A DNA stretch of 64,000 nucleotides from Patescibacteria group bacterium (lineage in GTDB: Bacteria; Patescibacteriota; Minisyncoccia; UBA6257; Colwellbacteraceae). Location of the stretch: contig JAKJEF010000001.1 of NCBI GenBank assembly GCA_022705565.1, positions 11,748 through 75,747 on the forward strand, written 5' to 3'. The notes beneath the pieces are model-generated. The model was not told where the DNA came from. It was given only the letters and a program-made list of their open reading frames with translations, and ran no database searches. Each line of letters opens with the position of its first letter. The stretch's first letter is position 1. The translations under genes and the position numbers were made by a program. This document shows positions 44,208 through 54,019 of the stretch, one piece after another.

Positions 44208-44957
44208 TTATATTTTAGCATTTTTAACAAGCTTTGCGAATTCCCCGGGATCGATGCTTGCCCGGCCGGCCAAAACTCCGTCGATCGGTTTTTGGGCGAA
44301 GATCTCGCGGATATTCGAGCCGTCGACCGATCCCCCATAAAGAACTTTTGGTTTCGGGAGACCGAAGAACTCCTTGAGGGTCGATTTCATGTGGTTTATG
44401 AGTTCGGCACTGCTCTCCGGATCGTCGGCCTCTTCCGCTCCGACGGCCCAAACCGGTTCGTAAACAAAAACGATTTTCGATATAAGGCTGTGTTCTGTGC
44501 CGGCGATGATCTGCCGCAGCTGATCCTTGAGATAGATTTTGACGAGATCCAATCCTTTCCGTCTGATGGCCGTCGATTCGCCGACGCAAAGAATAGGTCT
44601 TATTCCAGCTTCGAAACATTTCTGAATTTTCTTGGCGATGATCTCTTCGTTCTCAAAAAAATATTCCCGGCGCTCGGAATGACCCACTATCGCGTATTTC
44701 ACTCCCAAGGAATAGAGCATTTTCGCGGAGAACTCTCCGGTCAAAGCCCCGTTTTCGGCCCAAGAGACGTTCTGGCCGGCCAGATACTTGGCGCGTTTTT
44801 TGAAGGCCGCATCGCCGAGATACGGCGTTGGCACGGCTGCCAGAAAATCGATCGATTTATTTTTGGATATTACCGTAAGAGATCGGCTGAGCAAAGACCT
44901 GGCCTCCGCAATCGTCTCCGGATTCATCTTCCAATTGGCGACAATCAGTTTTTTCAT
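44208..44957 (-). CDS. tpiA: triose-phosphate isomerase
   Basis: VANWKMN start, IAYEPVWAIG-type motif EPVWAVGA, GGSV. Confidence 0.9.
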   Translation of the reverse strand: MKKLIVANWKMNPETIAEARSLLSRSLTVISKNKSIDFLAAVPTPYLGDAAFKKRAKYLAGQNVSWAENGALTGEFSAKMLYSLGVKYAIVGHSERREYFFENEEIIAKKIQKCFEAGIRPILCVGESTAIRRKGLDLVKIYLKDQLRQIIAGTEHSLISKIVFVYEPVWAVGAEEADDPESSAELINHMKSTLKEFFGLPKPKVLYGGSVDGSNIREIFAQKPIDGVLAGRASIDPGEFAKLVKNAKI

Positions 44958-45008
44958 AATGTTAAGTATAACAAAAATCCCGCCTTTCGCGGGATTCGAA
45001 TGTTTCCC

Positions 45009-47258
45009 CTATTCCGGAAGATCCAAAAACCCGTTAATGATTTGACCGATCTTTTTACCGAATCCTTCGAGATAGGTCTGCGGCCCCGGTTCTTCTATGC
45101 CCGCTCCGAATACCCTGACGGTCGCGTTTTCCGTTTCCGAATCCGAATAGCAAGTTTCCGGCTCTTCGTCGTCGCTGTTCCGGCATTGAAGCGTATAAAT
45201 GGTGGTTCTCGAAGGAGACACCGTGCGGGAACCGCTTTGGTTCAAACCAGCCGCCTCCGAAGTTCCGTCGTCCCTAATGACGGCACAGGAAGTCGTTATC
45301 GGAAAATCGAATTGATTCTCTAAAGAAGTCCAACTAAGAGTCGAGAACTTATTGTATCCGGATTCAGCCACTCTGTTTTCGGCGGTATAGAGAATATCCA
45401 CTGGATCGGCGGTGAAGCTTTGGATAACGGGTTTAGGGACCACTCGTATCGATGTTTTGGCGATTCCCGTGGAAGCAGCGTGTTCGTCGTCGCAAATAGT
45501 GATGGCGCGGGTGCAGGTTTCGCAAACTCTTTCTTGTTCTTCTCCGACGCAATTGCAACTGTAGTCCTCGTCTTCTTCCCAACAGCACCTATAGGCGGCC
45601 CGGGTGCAGGAAATGCCGTATTCGGTGGTTCTATCCGCAGAAACCGCGACGCTGCCGCTTTCGACGCTCGGAGACGGCATATTGCAACTGACACAGGAGA
45701 ACCTGTTGTTGGAAGGCTCCTCGCCTTCGCCGCAGCTGTTACCGATACCTATTTCCCAAGAGAGCGTCGACTGGTAATTTAGAGATCTTATGGGAACGCA
45801 TTGCGGATCGGCTTCGAGAGAGACCGCAATATCGTCTCCGGAGCCTGTTTCCGGAAGATTGCAGGAAATTACCCCAGAAGTTCTGCAGGCGGAAGAACAA
45901 GATCCGAAATCCGAATAGCAAACCTTTTCTTCGTCGCCTTGCTCGCATTCTTCTCCCGATAGATAATTCCCGCTCGAGCATCCGCCTGCGGGATTGCACC
46001 AATAATATTGACCAAGGCCTTCCGGAGGGCACTCGGCTTCACAGTCGTTGCTCACGCGATAGCATTTTCCATGCATGGTGTTTTCGCAGGATTCCGAATC
46101 GGAAAAAGTCTGGGAAGTTTTGCTGCAGTCATACGAAGGAGCGGCACAGTAATAATAGGCGGATTGGCCCGGCGAGATTCCTTCGGCGAGACATTGTTCA
46201 TAGATAAGATCTTCTTTTTTGAAACAATACACTCCTTCGCCGACGAGGCAGTCGTCGTGGTTCGTATATTTTCCCTTGACCGAAACCGGAACCGAATCTT
46301 TGCAGACATAAAGATCGCCGCAAAGATAATTACATTCCGGTTTCGTCAATCCGGACTTCAAGACTCCGTTATGCTCGAAAGTGGTGGCAAGATGCGGAGA
46401 AATCCCGAGTGCCTCCAAAGTCTCGTGTCTACAATTTTGCGTAAGATCGCAAAAAAGAGGAGGGTCGACCGGAAGGGTCGGCTTGCAGATATTTTGGCAT
46501 TCGCTCGGATCGATCGAAGCTCCGGATCTCCATTTGACCGAACTTCCGGCCGGACAAGCTCCTTCCAAGGGTGGATAGCTGTCATTCGTTTCTCCGTAAT
46601 ACGAAACCGAAGAAACAGATTCCATTGTTTGATTGTGGCAGCAGCATTTATAGAAATCCCCGACACTTCCTTCGCATGAACCGGTCCAAAGGCCTTTGTT
46701 CTCTTCGCCAGCAAGACATTGATTGGAAGAATCTATATTAGTGCATTTGTCGGTAGTGGAATAGAGACGAGAAGTGATACGGTAAAGATAATAAGATACG
46801 GGACGAAAAAATGTGTCGTTTCCTATAAACGAAGATTTGCACTCCTCGATTTGATATTTACCCCAAGGATTCAAGTTGGCGGTCGACAGACCCAACTCGC
46901 TTGATTTTTGGCCGCAAGAAGACCCCGGACATCCATTGGTGCTGTCTACGCTATACGATGTTGAGCAAGTGGTATAGGGATGACAGCCTGTCTGCCCTCC
47001 GGTATCTTGCCACAGCGTCCACTGCCTTTTATACCATATTTCTTCTTCTTGCGAATCGAGCACCTGATCTGAAGGAAGGTATGTTCTCGGAACTTCGTCA
47101 TAGGAAACGCATTCGTTTCCTTGGCAGATTTGACCGTTCACGCATTGGAAATAGCTGTCCGGAGGAAAATCTCCTTCAAAGCATTGGGCTTTAGCGGTGC
47201 GGAAGCTTATCAAAAAAAATCCAGATATCAAAAAGGTGAAAAAGAGAATCTTTTTCAT
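45009..47258 (-). CDS. large secreted cysteine-rich protein (749 aa), paralog of 5525..7732
   Basis: Signal peptide MKKILFFTFLISGFFLISFRTAKA-QCFEGDFPPDSYFQC. Shared motifs with copy 1 (YLYRITSRLYSTTDKCT; STLSWEIGIGNSCGEG...RTTEYGISC; STLSWTS...TTSCAV...RTTIYTLQCRN; RVFGAGIEEPGP). Confidence 0.85.
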   Translation of the reverse strand: MKKILFFTFLISGFFLISFRTAKAQCFEGDFPPDSYFQCVNGQICQGNECVSYDEVPRTYLPSDQVLDSQEEEIWYKRQWTLWQDTGGQTGCHPYTTCSTSYSVDSTNGCPGSSCGQKSSELGLSTANLNPWGKYQIEECKSSFIGNDTFFRPVSYYLYRITSRLYSTTDKCTNIDSSNQCLAGEENKGLWTGSCEGSVGDFYKCCCHNQTMESVSSVSYYGETNDSYPPLEGACPAGSSVKWRSGASIDPSECQNICKPTLPVDPPLFCDLTQNCRHETLEALGISPHLATTFEHNGVLKSGLTKPECNYLCGDLYVCKDSVPVSVKGKYTNHDDCLVGEGVYCFKKEDLIYEQCLAEGISPGQSAYYYCAAPSYDCSKTSQTFSDSESCENTMHGKCYRVSNDCEAECPPEGLGQYYWCNPAGGCSSGNYLSGEECEQGDEEKVCYSDFGSCSSACRTSGVISCNLPETGSGDDIAVSLEADPQCVPIRSLNYQSTLSWEIGIGNSCGEGEEPSNNRFSCVSCNMPSPSVESGSVAVSADRTTEYGISCTRAAYRCCWEEDEDYSCNCVGEEQERVCETCTRAITICDDEHAASTGIAKTSIRVVPKPVIQSFTADPVDILYTAENRVAESGYNKFSTLSWTSLENQFDFPITTSCAVIRDDGTSEAAGLNQSGSRTVSPSRTTIYTLQCRNSDDEEPETCYSDSETENATVRVFGAGIEEPGPQTYLEGFGKKIGQIINGFLDLPE
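46930..47258. repeat. dispersed repeat partner of about 7400..7732
   Basis: See 7400..7732. Confidence 0.55.
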
Positions 47259-47265
47259 TGAAATA

Positions 47266-47271
47266 ATTATA
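47266..47271 (-). promoter_or_regulatory. putative -10 box (TATAAT) 7 nt upstream of the ATG of Cys-rich gene copy 2
   Basis: Minus strand TATAAT-TATTTCA-ATG, identical spacing and spacer to copy 1. Confidence 0.35.
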
Positions 47272-47348
47272 TCATAGACAAACGATAACCCTCGTTTTCA
47301 AAGAAATAAGGATTATCAAAAAAAGATTGGGGTAAAGTTTTGACGAGC

Positions 47349-47912
47349 TTAAAGCCCCAATTTGTCTTTAATGTAAAGATTGGTATTCGAATAAACCGTG
47401 CCCGGGAACAGGGCTTGGTTCTCGATACTCACGATCAGGTTATAATCTCCGAAAACATCAACCGTGTTTTCCGAAACATATCCCAAAAGATCCCCTGTCT
47501 GCACTTCGGGGTTTTGATTCGCATCGGATAAAGGATTCGCGATAACGTTGACGGTAATGAGGCCGGAGGTCGAATTCGGGATGACAAAATGACGCAGTAA
47601 AATACCGGAATAAGGACTGTTGGGATTGGTCGGGTTATCCATGAATATCGGCGTTGCCGATCCGTCCGTCGGAGCGAAAACCGGCGCTCCCGCCGGAATC
47701 TTAAATCCCAGAATCGGATCCCTCGCTTCTTCAAAATAAATAAACTTGGCCGTGGAGCAGTATCTTTCTTCGACCAACAAGCAGGTTCCCGGCTTCGACA
47801 TTCCCGAAGAAAAGAGCCTGAACGAAGTGAATAACCCTTCTCTCCAGGCGACGAAAATACCGACCGCGAGAACAAGGAGAACGATTAGAATTATTTTTAA
47901 GGATTTGGACAT
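47349..47912 (-). CDS. N-terminally membrane-anchored protein (about 187 aa), partner of Cys-rich gene copy 2
   Basis: Start set at the internal ATG (MSKSLKIILIVLLVLAVGIFVA), 32 nt after the mrdA stop. Single TM anchor then extracytoplasmic domain. Positional analog of 7793..8479. Confidence 0.5.
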   Translation of the reverse strand: MSKSLKIILIVLLVLAVGIFVAWREGLFTSFRLFSSGMSKPGTCLLVEERYCSTAKFIYFEEARDPILGFKIPAGAPVFAPTDGSATPIFMDNPTNPNSPYSGILLRHFVIPNSTSGLITVNVIANPLSDANQNPEVQTGDLLGYVSENTVDVFGDYNLIVSIENQALFPGTVYSNTNLYIKDKLGL

Positions 47913-47943
47913 AATAATTTCAGTATAACATATAACGTCCTGA

Positions 47944-49839
47944 TCATTCCGCTGAAACGTCTCCCGTTGCCGAGTCCACGGACCTTCCCACCCGGTTCTT
48001 ATAATACCAATCGAGCACATCGCGGCCTATCGGAACGGCGTTCGTCGTGCTGGTTTTGGCATTTTCCGCGAGCACCAAAACGCAGATCGACGGATAGTCC
48101 TCGATCGGTATCGGCCCGCAGCCGACAAAAATGGCGTTAATTTTCTTGTTGTCCAAAACCGAGGCGCTTCCGGTTTTGGCGACGCTCTTGTAATCGAGAT
48201 CCGCCAAACTGGTGCAGGTGCCGTAAGATTTGTAAATCGCGTCCGACATTCCTTTCAATGTTGTCTGCATTTCCGGCTCGAGATAAGAAATATCGCGGAC
48301 TATCTCCGGCTCGCTTCCGGCAACGATATGCGGTTTGTAGACCAAGCCGTTGTTAACGATCGCGGCGTAGGCCCGGATAAGCTCGAGAAGACTGATTTTC
48401 AAGTCTCCGTGTCCGATGGAAACCTGGTAAGTGTCTCCCAATCTCCAGGCGATGCCGGTTCTTTCTTTCTGGGTCGAAGGAGAAGGAATGAATCCGGTCG
48501 CCTCTCCCGGAATCTCCACGCCGGTTTTCTCGTTGAATCCGAAAAGCTTCAAATATTTCTCGATCAAAGGCATACCCAGTCCCTTGAAATCGGTTTCGCC
48601 CTGGATCAAATCTTCATTATACGGCAAGCCGCCTCCCACGGCGTAGAAAAAAATGTTGCTCGAGCGTGCGATAGCGGCATAAAGATCGACCCAACCGTGC
48701 GGCTTCCAATCCGGAAAAAGGGTCGGCTGATCCGGATAATACGGATTCGGCACCTCGAGCACTCCCGAAGAATAAACAAGATCGCTCGGTTTGATGACTC
48801 CTTCTTTCAGGGCGGCGACGGACAAGAAAGGTTTCACGGTCGAAGCCGGGCTGTATTTTCCCATGACCGGCCGGTTGAGGATCGGACTCTTCGGATCGTT
48901 CAAGAGATTGGGTATTTCGTCGAGGGTGAAGCTCGGATAGCTGATGAGGCTCAAGATCTCGCCGGTTTTCGGATCAAAGGCGATGCCGGCGCCTCCTTCC
49001 CGAAGATCCAAATCATTGATTCCTTTTTCGAGCCGCCAGTAAAAATATTCCTGAAGCTCGGCGTCGATCGTCGTTTTGAGGTCGTTTCCGATTTTCGGCT
49101 CGGTCAAAGATTTTTCTTCCAAAGATTCTCCTTTGACGTTACGCCTGACGATCGTTCGGCCGTTCACTCCCCGCAGGCTTTCGTCGAAGGCCGCTTCGAG
49201 TCCGGTCTTTCCGACGGTGTCGCTTCCCGTAAGGCCGCGTTTCTTGATGTCGTCGGCCGTCACGAGACCGGTGTAGCCCACCACGTGGGCAAAAGACTCG
49301 TCGAATTCCCTTTTGAAATCGTCGGCCACGAAAAGCGAATTCAAGCCCATAGCTTTCAGATCTATGGCCTCAGAATTGGAAATGTCTTTTTTGATCAAAA
49401 CCGTATCCGTCTCCTGAAGATTGCTCTGATTCAATATGGAAAAAAGCTTGTTTTGGTCGACGCCGAGCTTGGCCAAGGCTTCAAGCACCGGAGACATTTC
49501 GTTTTGCTTGACGAGCTCGGCCGGCCGCAGATAAACGCTAAGTATCGGTGTGTTTTCCACGATCGGTTTTCCGTAGCGGTCGAAGATGATCCCCCTTGGC
49601 GCCGATTCGATAATCACTTTGTTGATGTTCGCATCCGCGCGTTCGGCGTAGGCCTTGTTTTTGACGATACTCAAAAATCCGGTCCGAAAGAAAACCAGAC
49701 CTCCGATCGCGGCCGCCACCAGACCAAGTCCCAGGAATATCCGCCTATCCAAATCTTTTTCGGTCACGGAAAAACCCCTCGAGGATTCGGTGTCCAGGGT
49801 GACTTCGTCAAAATTGATTTCGTGAAATCCTTTTTTCAT
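47944..49839 (-). CDS. mrdA: penicillin-binding protein 2 (peptidoglycan D,D-transpeptidase)
   Basis: Motifs STVKPF (SxxK), RSSN (SxN), AKTGSAS (KTG). N-terminal TM anchor. Sits in the mreBCD context. Confidence 0.85.
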   Translation of the reverse strand: MKKGFHEINFDEVTLDTESSRGFSVTEKDLDRRIFLGLGLVAAAIGGLVFFRTGFLSIVKNKAYAERADANINKVIIESAPRGIIFDRYGKPIVENTPILSVYLRPAELVKQNEMSPVLEALAKLGVDQNKLFSILNQSNLQETDTVLIKKDISNSEAIDLKAMGLNSLFVADDFKREFDESFAHVVGYTGLVTADDIKKRGLTGSDTVGKTGLEAAFDESLRGVNGRTIVRRNVKGESLEEKSLTEPKIGNDLKTTIDAELQEYFYWRLEKGINDLDLREGGAGIAFDPKTGEILSLISYPSFTLDEIPNLLNDPKSPILNRPVMGKYSPASTVKPFLSVAALKEGVIKPSDLVYSSGVLEVPNPYYPDQPTLFPDWKPHGWVDLYAAIARSSNIFFYAVGGGLPYNEDLIQGETDFKGLGMPLIEKYLKLFGFNEKTGVEIPGEATGFIPSPSTQKERTGIAWRLGDTYQVSIGHGDLKISLLELIRAYAAIVNNGLVYKPHIVAGSEPEIVRDISYLEPEMQTTLKGMSDAIYKSYGTCTSLADLDYKSVAKTGSASVLDNKKINAIFVGCGPIPIEDYPSICVLVLAENAKTSTTNAVPIGRDVLDWYYKNRVGRSVDSATGDVSAE

Positions 49840-49840
49840 T

Positions 49841-50122
49841 TCAAATGGAAATCAAAATATTAAAAACCACTTCCGAAGCGAGAATGGCGATAACAAAGCC
49901 GAAGCTTATCTTCTTCCGCAGAAAATCCCCGAGCCAGCTTCCGAAGGCGGCCGACAGAATGAAAAATAGCAGAGTCATGTCGAATCCCGGATAGAATTTC
50001 ACGAAAAACCCGGCGATCGAGAATATCAGAATCCTCTGCCACCAGTTCCTGAAAAAAAAGCTCGTGGCGACGACAAAGCCGAGGAGAAGGTTGCCGAAGC
50101 TAATCAACGATGACCACGACAT
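49841..50122 (-). CDS. mreD: rod shape-determining protein MreD (small polytopic membrane protein)
   Basis: 93-aa hydrophobic protein between mreC and mrdA. The call rests on position and topology. Confidence 0.5.
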   Translation of the reverse strand: MSWSSLISFGNLLLGFVVATSFFFRNWWQRILIFSIAGFFVKFYPGFDMTLLFFILSAAFGSWLGDFLRKKISFGFVIAILASEVVFNILISI

Positions 50123-50759
50123 TGCGGAGGTTTTTGAGTTCGTAGGTCGGTTGAAGCCGGGCTTCTTTGAGTGGAGAGCCGGAAGTAATATTCACGGCTT
50201 TGCCTAAAACAAGGCCGTAGGGAAGATTCTTGTCCGCCGTGAAAACCATGTCTTCTTCCTTGGCCGGGCTTTTGGCATCGATCAGGCTCAATTTGGCGGT
50301 CAGTCCGCCATCGTAAAAAGCGTCGGTCTCCGATTCGCCGATCCGGACCGGGGTTTTGAAATCCTTGTCGAAAATGGTCTGGACCACGGCCGAATTCGGA
50401 TAAACCCGTTTCACCCGGCCGACCATTATTTTATTCTCAACGACCACAGCCATACCTTCTTCCACCCCAGAACCCGAACCTTTATTGATGACGATTTCCG
50501 AACGATTGGCAAAAGGATAGAGTGAATAGACCTTGGCCGCCACTTTTTGGCCTTCGGTTTCTTTGTTTCCGATTTTCAGATTCAAAAGCTGGGCTTCGAG
50601 TTCCAAATTCTTGATTTTCAAGTTGTCGATTTCACTCCCGGATTCCATGGCGAAAGACAAGAGTTGGTGGCGCCAAGAAAGAACGTTCTCTCCGCCGCAC
50701 ACAAGATACGTTCCGATAATTAATGCCGTAAATAAAAGCAGCCGATTGTTCTTCCGCAT
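50100..50759 (-). CDS. mreC: rod shape-determining protein MreC
   Basis: N-terminal anchor, coiled-coil, beta domains (GLVLGKAVNITSG). Adjacent to mreB. Confidence 0.75.
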   Translation of the reverse strand: MRKNNRLLLFTALIIGTYLVCGGENVLSWRHQLLSFAMESGSEIDNLKIKNLELEAQLLNLKIGNKETEGQKVAAKVYSLYPFANRSEIVINKGSGSGVEEGMAVVVENKIMVGRVKRVYPNSAVVQTIFDKDFKTPVRIGESETDAFYDGGLTAKLSLIDAKSPAKEEDMVFTADKNLPYGLVLGKAVNITSGSPLKEARLQPTYELKNLRNVVVIVD

Positions 50760-50774
50760 GACTCTTATATTGTA

Positions 50775-51818
50775 CTATATTTTGATCTCGCGAGGCTTGG
50801 CCTGGCTGTCGAGAATCTTTTCGTAGCGGCCGAAGTCTTCGATGATCATGCCGACTCCCCTGATGACGCAAGTCAAAGGGTCGTCGATCAAAGTGGCTTG
50901 GCTCGCGATTTCCTTCGAAAGATACTGGTCGAATCCGCGCAGCATGCTTCCGCCGCCGCAGATATAAACTCCCCTCTCGAGGATATCGCCGACGAGTTCC
51001 GGCGGCGCTTCCTCGATCAGGCTTTTCGAGGCCTCGGCAATGGTTTTCAAAGATCTCGAAATGGCCATTCTCACGTGCGAATTTTTGATGACCGCCTCTT
51101 TCGGAAGGCCGGTCGAAAGATCCCGTCCATGGACGGTCATTTCGAGTTTTTCGTCGAGCGGAATGGCCGAACCGATGGAGATCTTCAAGTCTTCGGCCGT
51201 GGGTTCGCCGATGGCCAACTTGAATTCGTCTCTGACGAATCTAATGATGTCTTCGTTCAGTTTGTCTCCGGCGGTTTTCAGGCTGTTCGAAATCACCGTG
51301 CCGCCGATCGAAATGATGGCGATTTCCGTGGTGCCGCCGCCGACGTCGACGATCATGTTGGCGGTCGGATCCTCCACTGGCAGACGCGCGCCCAAAGCAG
51401 CGGCGATCGGTTCCTCGATCAGATAAACTTTGGAGACGCCGGCGGAAAGAGCCGCGTCTTCCACGGATTTCCTTTCGACTTCGGTCAAATGGGTCGGCAC
51501 GCCAAGCACGGCCAATCCGTAGCGATTGAAAATGCCTTCGCTCAAGTTCCGAAGATGATATTTGATGACCTCTTCGGTCATCTCGAAATCGGAGATGACT
51601 CCTCCGGTCAAAGGTTTGATGACATCAATGTGCTGGGGCGTCCGGTCGAGCATTTTCTTGGCTTCGTTGCCGATAGCCACGATCTGGCCGGTTTTATTGT
51701 TGACCGCCACGATGGTCGGTTCGTTCACCAAAAGCCCCTTGTTTTTGAGATAGATTAAAGTGTTGGTCGTTCCGAGGTCGATGCCGACATCTTTGCTAAA
51801 TTTTCCGAAGATATTCAT
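50775..51818 (-). CDS. mreB: rod shape-determining actin-like protein MreB
   Basis: GIDLGTTNTLIY, EPTIVAV, ASPA/actin fold motifs throughout. Confidence 0.9.
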   Translation of the reverse strand: MNIFGKFSKDVGIDLGTTNTLIYLKNKGLLVNEPTIVAVNNKTGQIVAIGNEAKKMLDRTPQHIDVIKPLTGGVISDFEMTEEVIKYHLRNLSEGIFNRYGLAVLGVPTHLTEVERKSVEDAALSAGVSKVYLIEEPIAAALGARLPVEDPTANMIVDVGGGTTEIAIISIGGTVISNSLKTAGDKLNEDIIRFVRDEFKLAIGEPTAEDLKISIGSAIPLDEKLEMTVHGRDLSTGLPKEAVIKNSHVRMAISRSLKTIAEASKSLIEEAPPELVGDILERGVYICGGGSMLRGFDQYLSKEIASQATLIDDPLTCVIRGVGMIIEDFGRYEKILDSQAKPREIKI

Positions 51819-53010
51819 AGTTCACCAGTGTTGTTTTCTTATCAGTCCTTTTCTTCAATTCTATTTTCTTGCCGGTTTTCTCGCTCACGATGAGCCGATA
51901 CGGAATGCCTATCAAGTCGGCGTCGGCGAGTTTTTCTCCCGGAGAAACGTCGCGGTCGTCGTAAAGAACTTCCAGGCCGTCTTCAAGCATCCGCTTGTAG
52001 ATTTTCGCGGCCGATCCTTTTTTGAACTCTAAAAGATGGAATTTGTAGGGAGCGACTTCTTCGGGCCAGATAAGGCCTTTTTCGTCATTCGAGGTGTCGG
52101 CGATCGTTCCCATCACCCTGTTCAAACCGATACCGTAGCAGCCCATTTGAACCTCTATTTCCCGGCCACTTTTGTCTTTATACCGCAATTCAAAGGGCTT
52201 TGAAAACTTGACACCGAGCTTGAAAATATTGCCGACTTCGATGGATTTTTTCTTGGAAAATTCGCGGCCTCCGCAGATCGGACATTCCCGCTGTTCGGCG
52301 ATGATTTCCTCGTTTACGGCCACCCGGCATTTTTCGCAGACATAGATCGTGTCTTCTCCGGATTCGGAAAGGGTTTGGAACTCATGAGAATATTTGGAAA
52401 ATGTTCCGCCCGAAGCCCAGGTGAAATAAGTGATCTTTCCCAAACCAACCCGCTTCCAAATCTTCATATAGGTCTTCGACACCTTATCGTAATACCGGTC
52501 GAGGTCGGCCGCATCCGCATGGAAAGAATAAAGGTCTTTCATGAAGAATTCCCGTCCGCGGAGCAATCCGGCTTTGGCTCTTTTCTCGTCGCGGAACTTG
52601 TTTTGTATCTGGAAAACCGCTTTCGGCAGATCACGGTAGGAAACGATATGTTTTTTGGCGATCGGAGTCAGTTCTTCTTCATGGGTCGGCGCCAAGGCGT
52701 AATCGATTTCCGAAATTTGGCTTTTTATCTTGAAAAGCGCGTCGAAATCTAGCCAGCGCCCGGTCGTTTCCCAGTTGGCTTTGGGCTGGAGCGAAGTCAT
52801 CAGTATTTCTTCGGCTCCGATCGATGTCATTTCCTCACGGATAATCTCTTCCAATTTCCTGAAAACGCGAAGTCCCAAAGGAAGAAAGGCGTAGGCTCCG
52901 GCCATCACTTTGTAAATAAAACCTCCCCTTATCAAAAGGGAGGCGTTTTTCGATTCCTCGTCCTTCGGTGCTTCTCTCAAAGTCTTCGTGAAAAGTTCGC
53001 TTTGTTTCAT
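51796..53010 (-). CDS. proS: proline--tRNA ligase (short, no INS editing domain)
   Basis: The N-terminus aligns with E. coli ProRS (LFTKTLREAPKD...LLIRGGFIYKVMAGAYAFLPLGLRV). Class II motif LRGREFFMKDLYSFH. C-terminal anticodon-binding domain. Confidence 0.8.
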   Translation of the reverse strand: MKQSELFTKTLREAPKDEESKNASLLIRGGFIYKVMAGAYAFLPLGLRVFRKLEEIIREEMTSIGAEEILMTSLQPKANWETTGRWLDFDALFKIKSQISEIDYALAPTHEEELTPIAKKHIVSYRDLPKAVFQIQNKFRDEKRAKAGLLRGREFFMKDLYSFHADAADLDRYYDKVSKTYMKIWKRVGLGKITYFTWASGGTFSKYSHEFQTLSESGEDTIYVCEKCRVAVNEEIIAEQRECPICGGREFSKKKSIEVGNIFKLGVKFSKPFELRYKDKSGREIEVQMGCYGIGLNRVMGTIADTSNDEKGLIWPEEVAPYKFHLLEFKKGSAAKIYKRMLEDGLEVLYDDRDVSPGEKLADADLIGIPYRLIVSEKTGKKIELKKRTDKKTTLVNYEYLRKI

Positions 53011-54014
53011 TTCAAGAATAATTTACTTATGTCTCTTATGTTAACAACTATCATCAGAAACAGCAAAATCAAATATCCCGCCAAATTGACGGTCGAAGCG
53101 ATCTTGGCGTTGGCCGGTTTGCCGCGGATTTTTTCGTAAACAAGGAAAGCGATGTTGCCGCCGTCCAAAGCCGGAATGGGCAGAAGATTAACCACCGTGA
53201 AATTCAAGGAAACCATCCCGAGGAGCTGGAGCACGTAAGGAAGACCCAATTTGTTCGCCGTATGGATGGCGCCGATCACTCCGACCACTCCGCTCACTTC
53301 GGAAAGACTTCCGCGGATCCGGAAAAAGCTCGCCAGTCTCCGGATAATCAGACCGATGATCTCGAAGCACGACAAAAATCCCTGTTTTATGCTTCCGAAA
53401 AACCCGAGCCGGCTGATGCCCGGTTCGGTCACTTCGGCGCCGATACGGCCGGTCTCGGCCGAAACCAAAGACATGGGAGTGACGCTCACCTTGATTCTCT
53501 CGTTATCGCGGCTCAATTCCAAAGCCAAAGGCTGGCCTTCGTGGTTTTTGACGGCTTCGAGAAAAGCGTCCAGATCGGAAAAACCCAGAATCTGGTCTCC
53601 GCTTTTGATTCCGGCCGATTCCGCCGGACTGTTCGGAAGAACGTTCGTGATGTAAAGAGCCTGCGGAATGCCGACCATGAAAAGAACGGAAAAGGCGGCC
53701 CAGGCGATCAAAAAGTTCATGACGATTCCTCCGAGAAGCGTAAGCAGTCTTTTCACGAAAGAAGCGTTGTTGAATCCCCTTCCCGGCTCGCCCGCTTTCC
53801 CTTGTTCGATTTCGACAAATCCGCCGAAAGGTAAGGCGTTCAAACTGTATTCGGTCTCGCCGATTTTTTTGGAGAAAAGACGTGGCTTGTATCCGAAACC
53901 GAATTCGTTGACCTTCATGCCGCTAAGCTTCGCCACCAGAAAATGTCCGAACTCGTGGCCGGCGACAATCACGGCTACAAAAAAAATAATCAATATGATT
54001 TCAATGGCGAGCAT
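53007..54014 (-). CDS. rseP: RIP metalloprotease RseP (site-2 protease, M50) with PDZ domain
   Basis: AGHEFGHFLVAKL (HExxH) in TM1, internal PDZ, C-terminal LDGG motif. Confidence 0.85.
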   Translation of the reverse strand: MLAIEIILIIFFVAVIVAGHEFGHFLVAKLSGMKVNEFGFGYKPRLFSKKIGETEYSLNALPFGGFVEIEQGKAGEPGRGFNNASFVKRLLTLLGGIVMNFLIAWAAFSVLFMVGIPQALYITNVLPNSPAESAGIKSGDQILGFSDLDAFLEAVKNHEGQPLALELSRDNERIKVSVTPMSLVSAETGRIGAEVTEPGISRLGFFGSIKQGFLSCFEIIGLIIRRLASFFRIRGSLSEVSGVVGVIGAIHTANKLGLPYVLQLLGMVSLNFTVVNLLPIPALDGGNIAFLVYEKIRGKPANAKIASTVNLAGYLILLFLMIVVNIRDISKLFLK

Positions 54015-54019
54015 GGATG

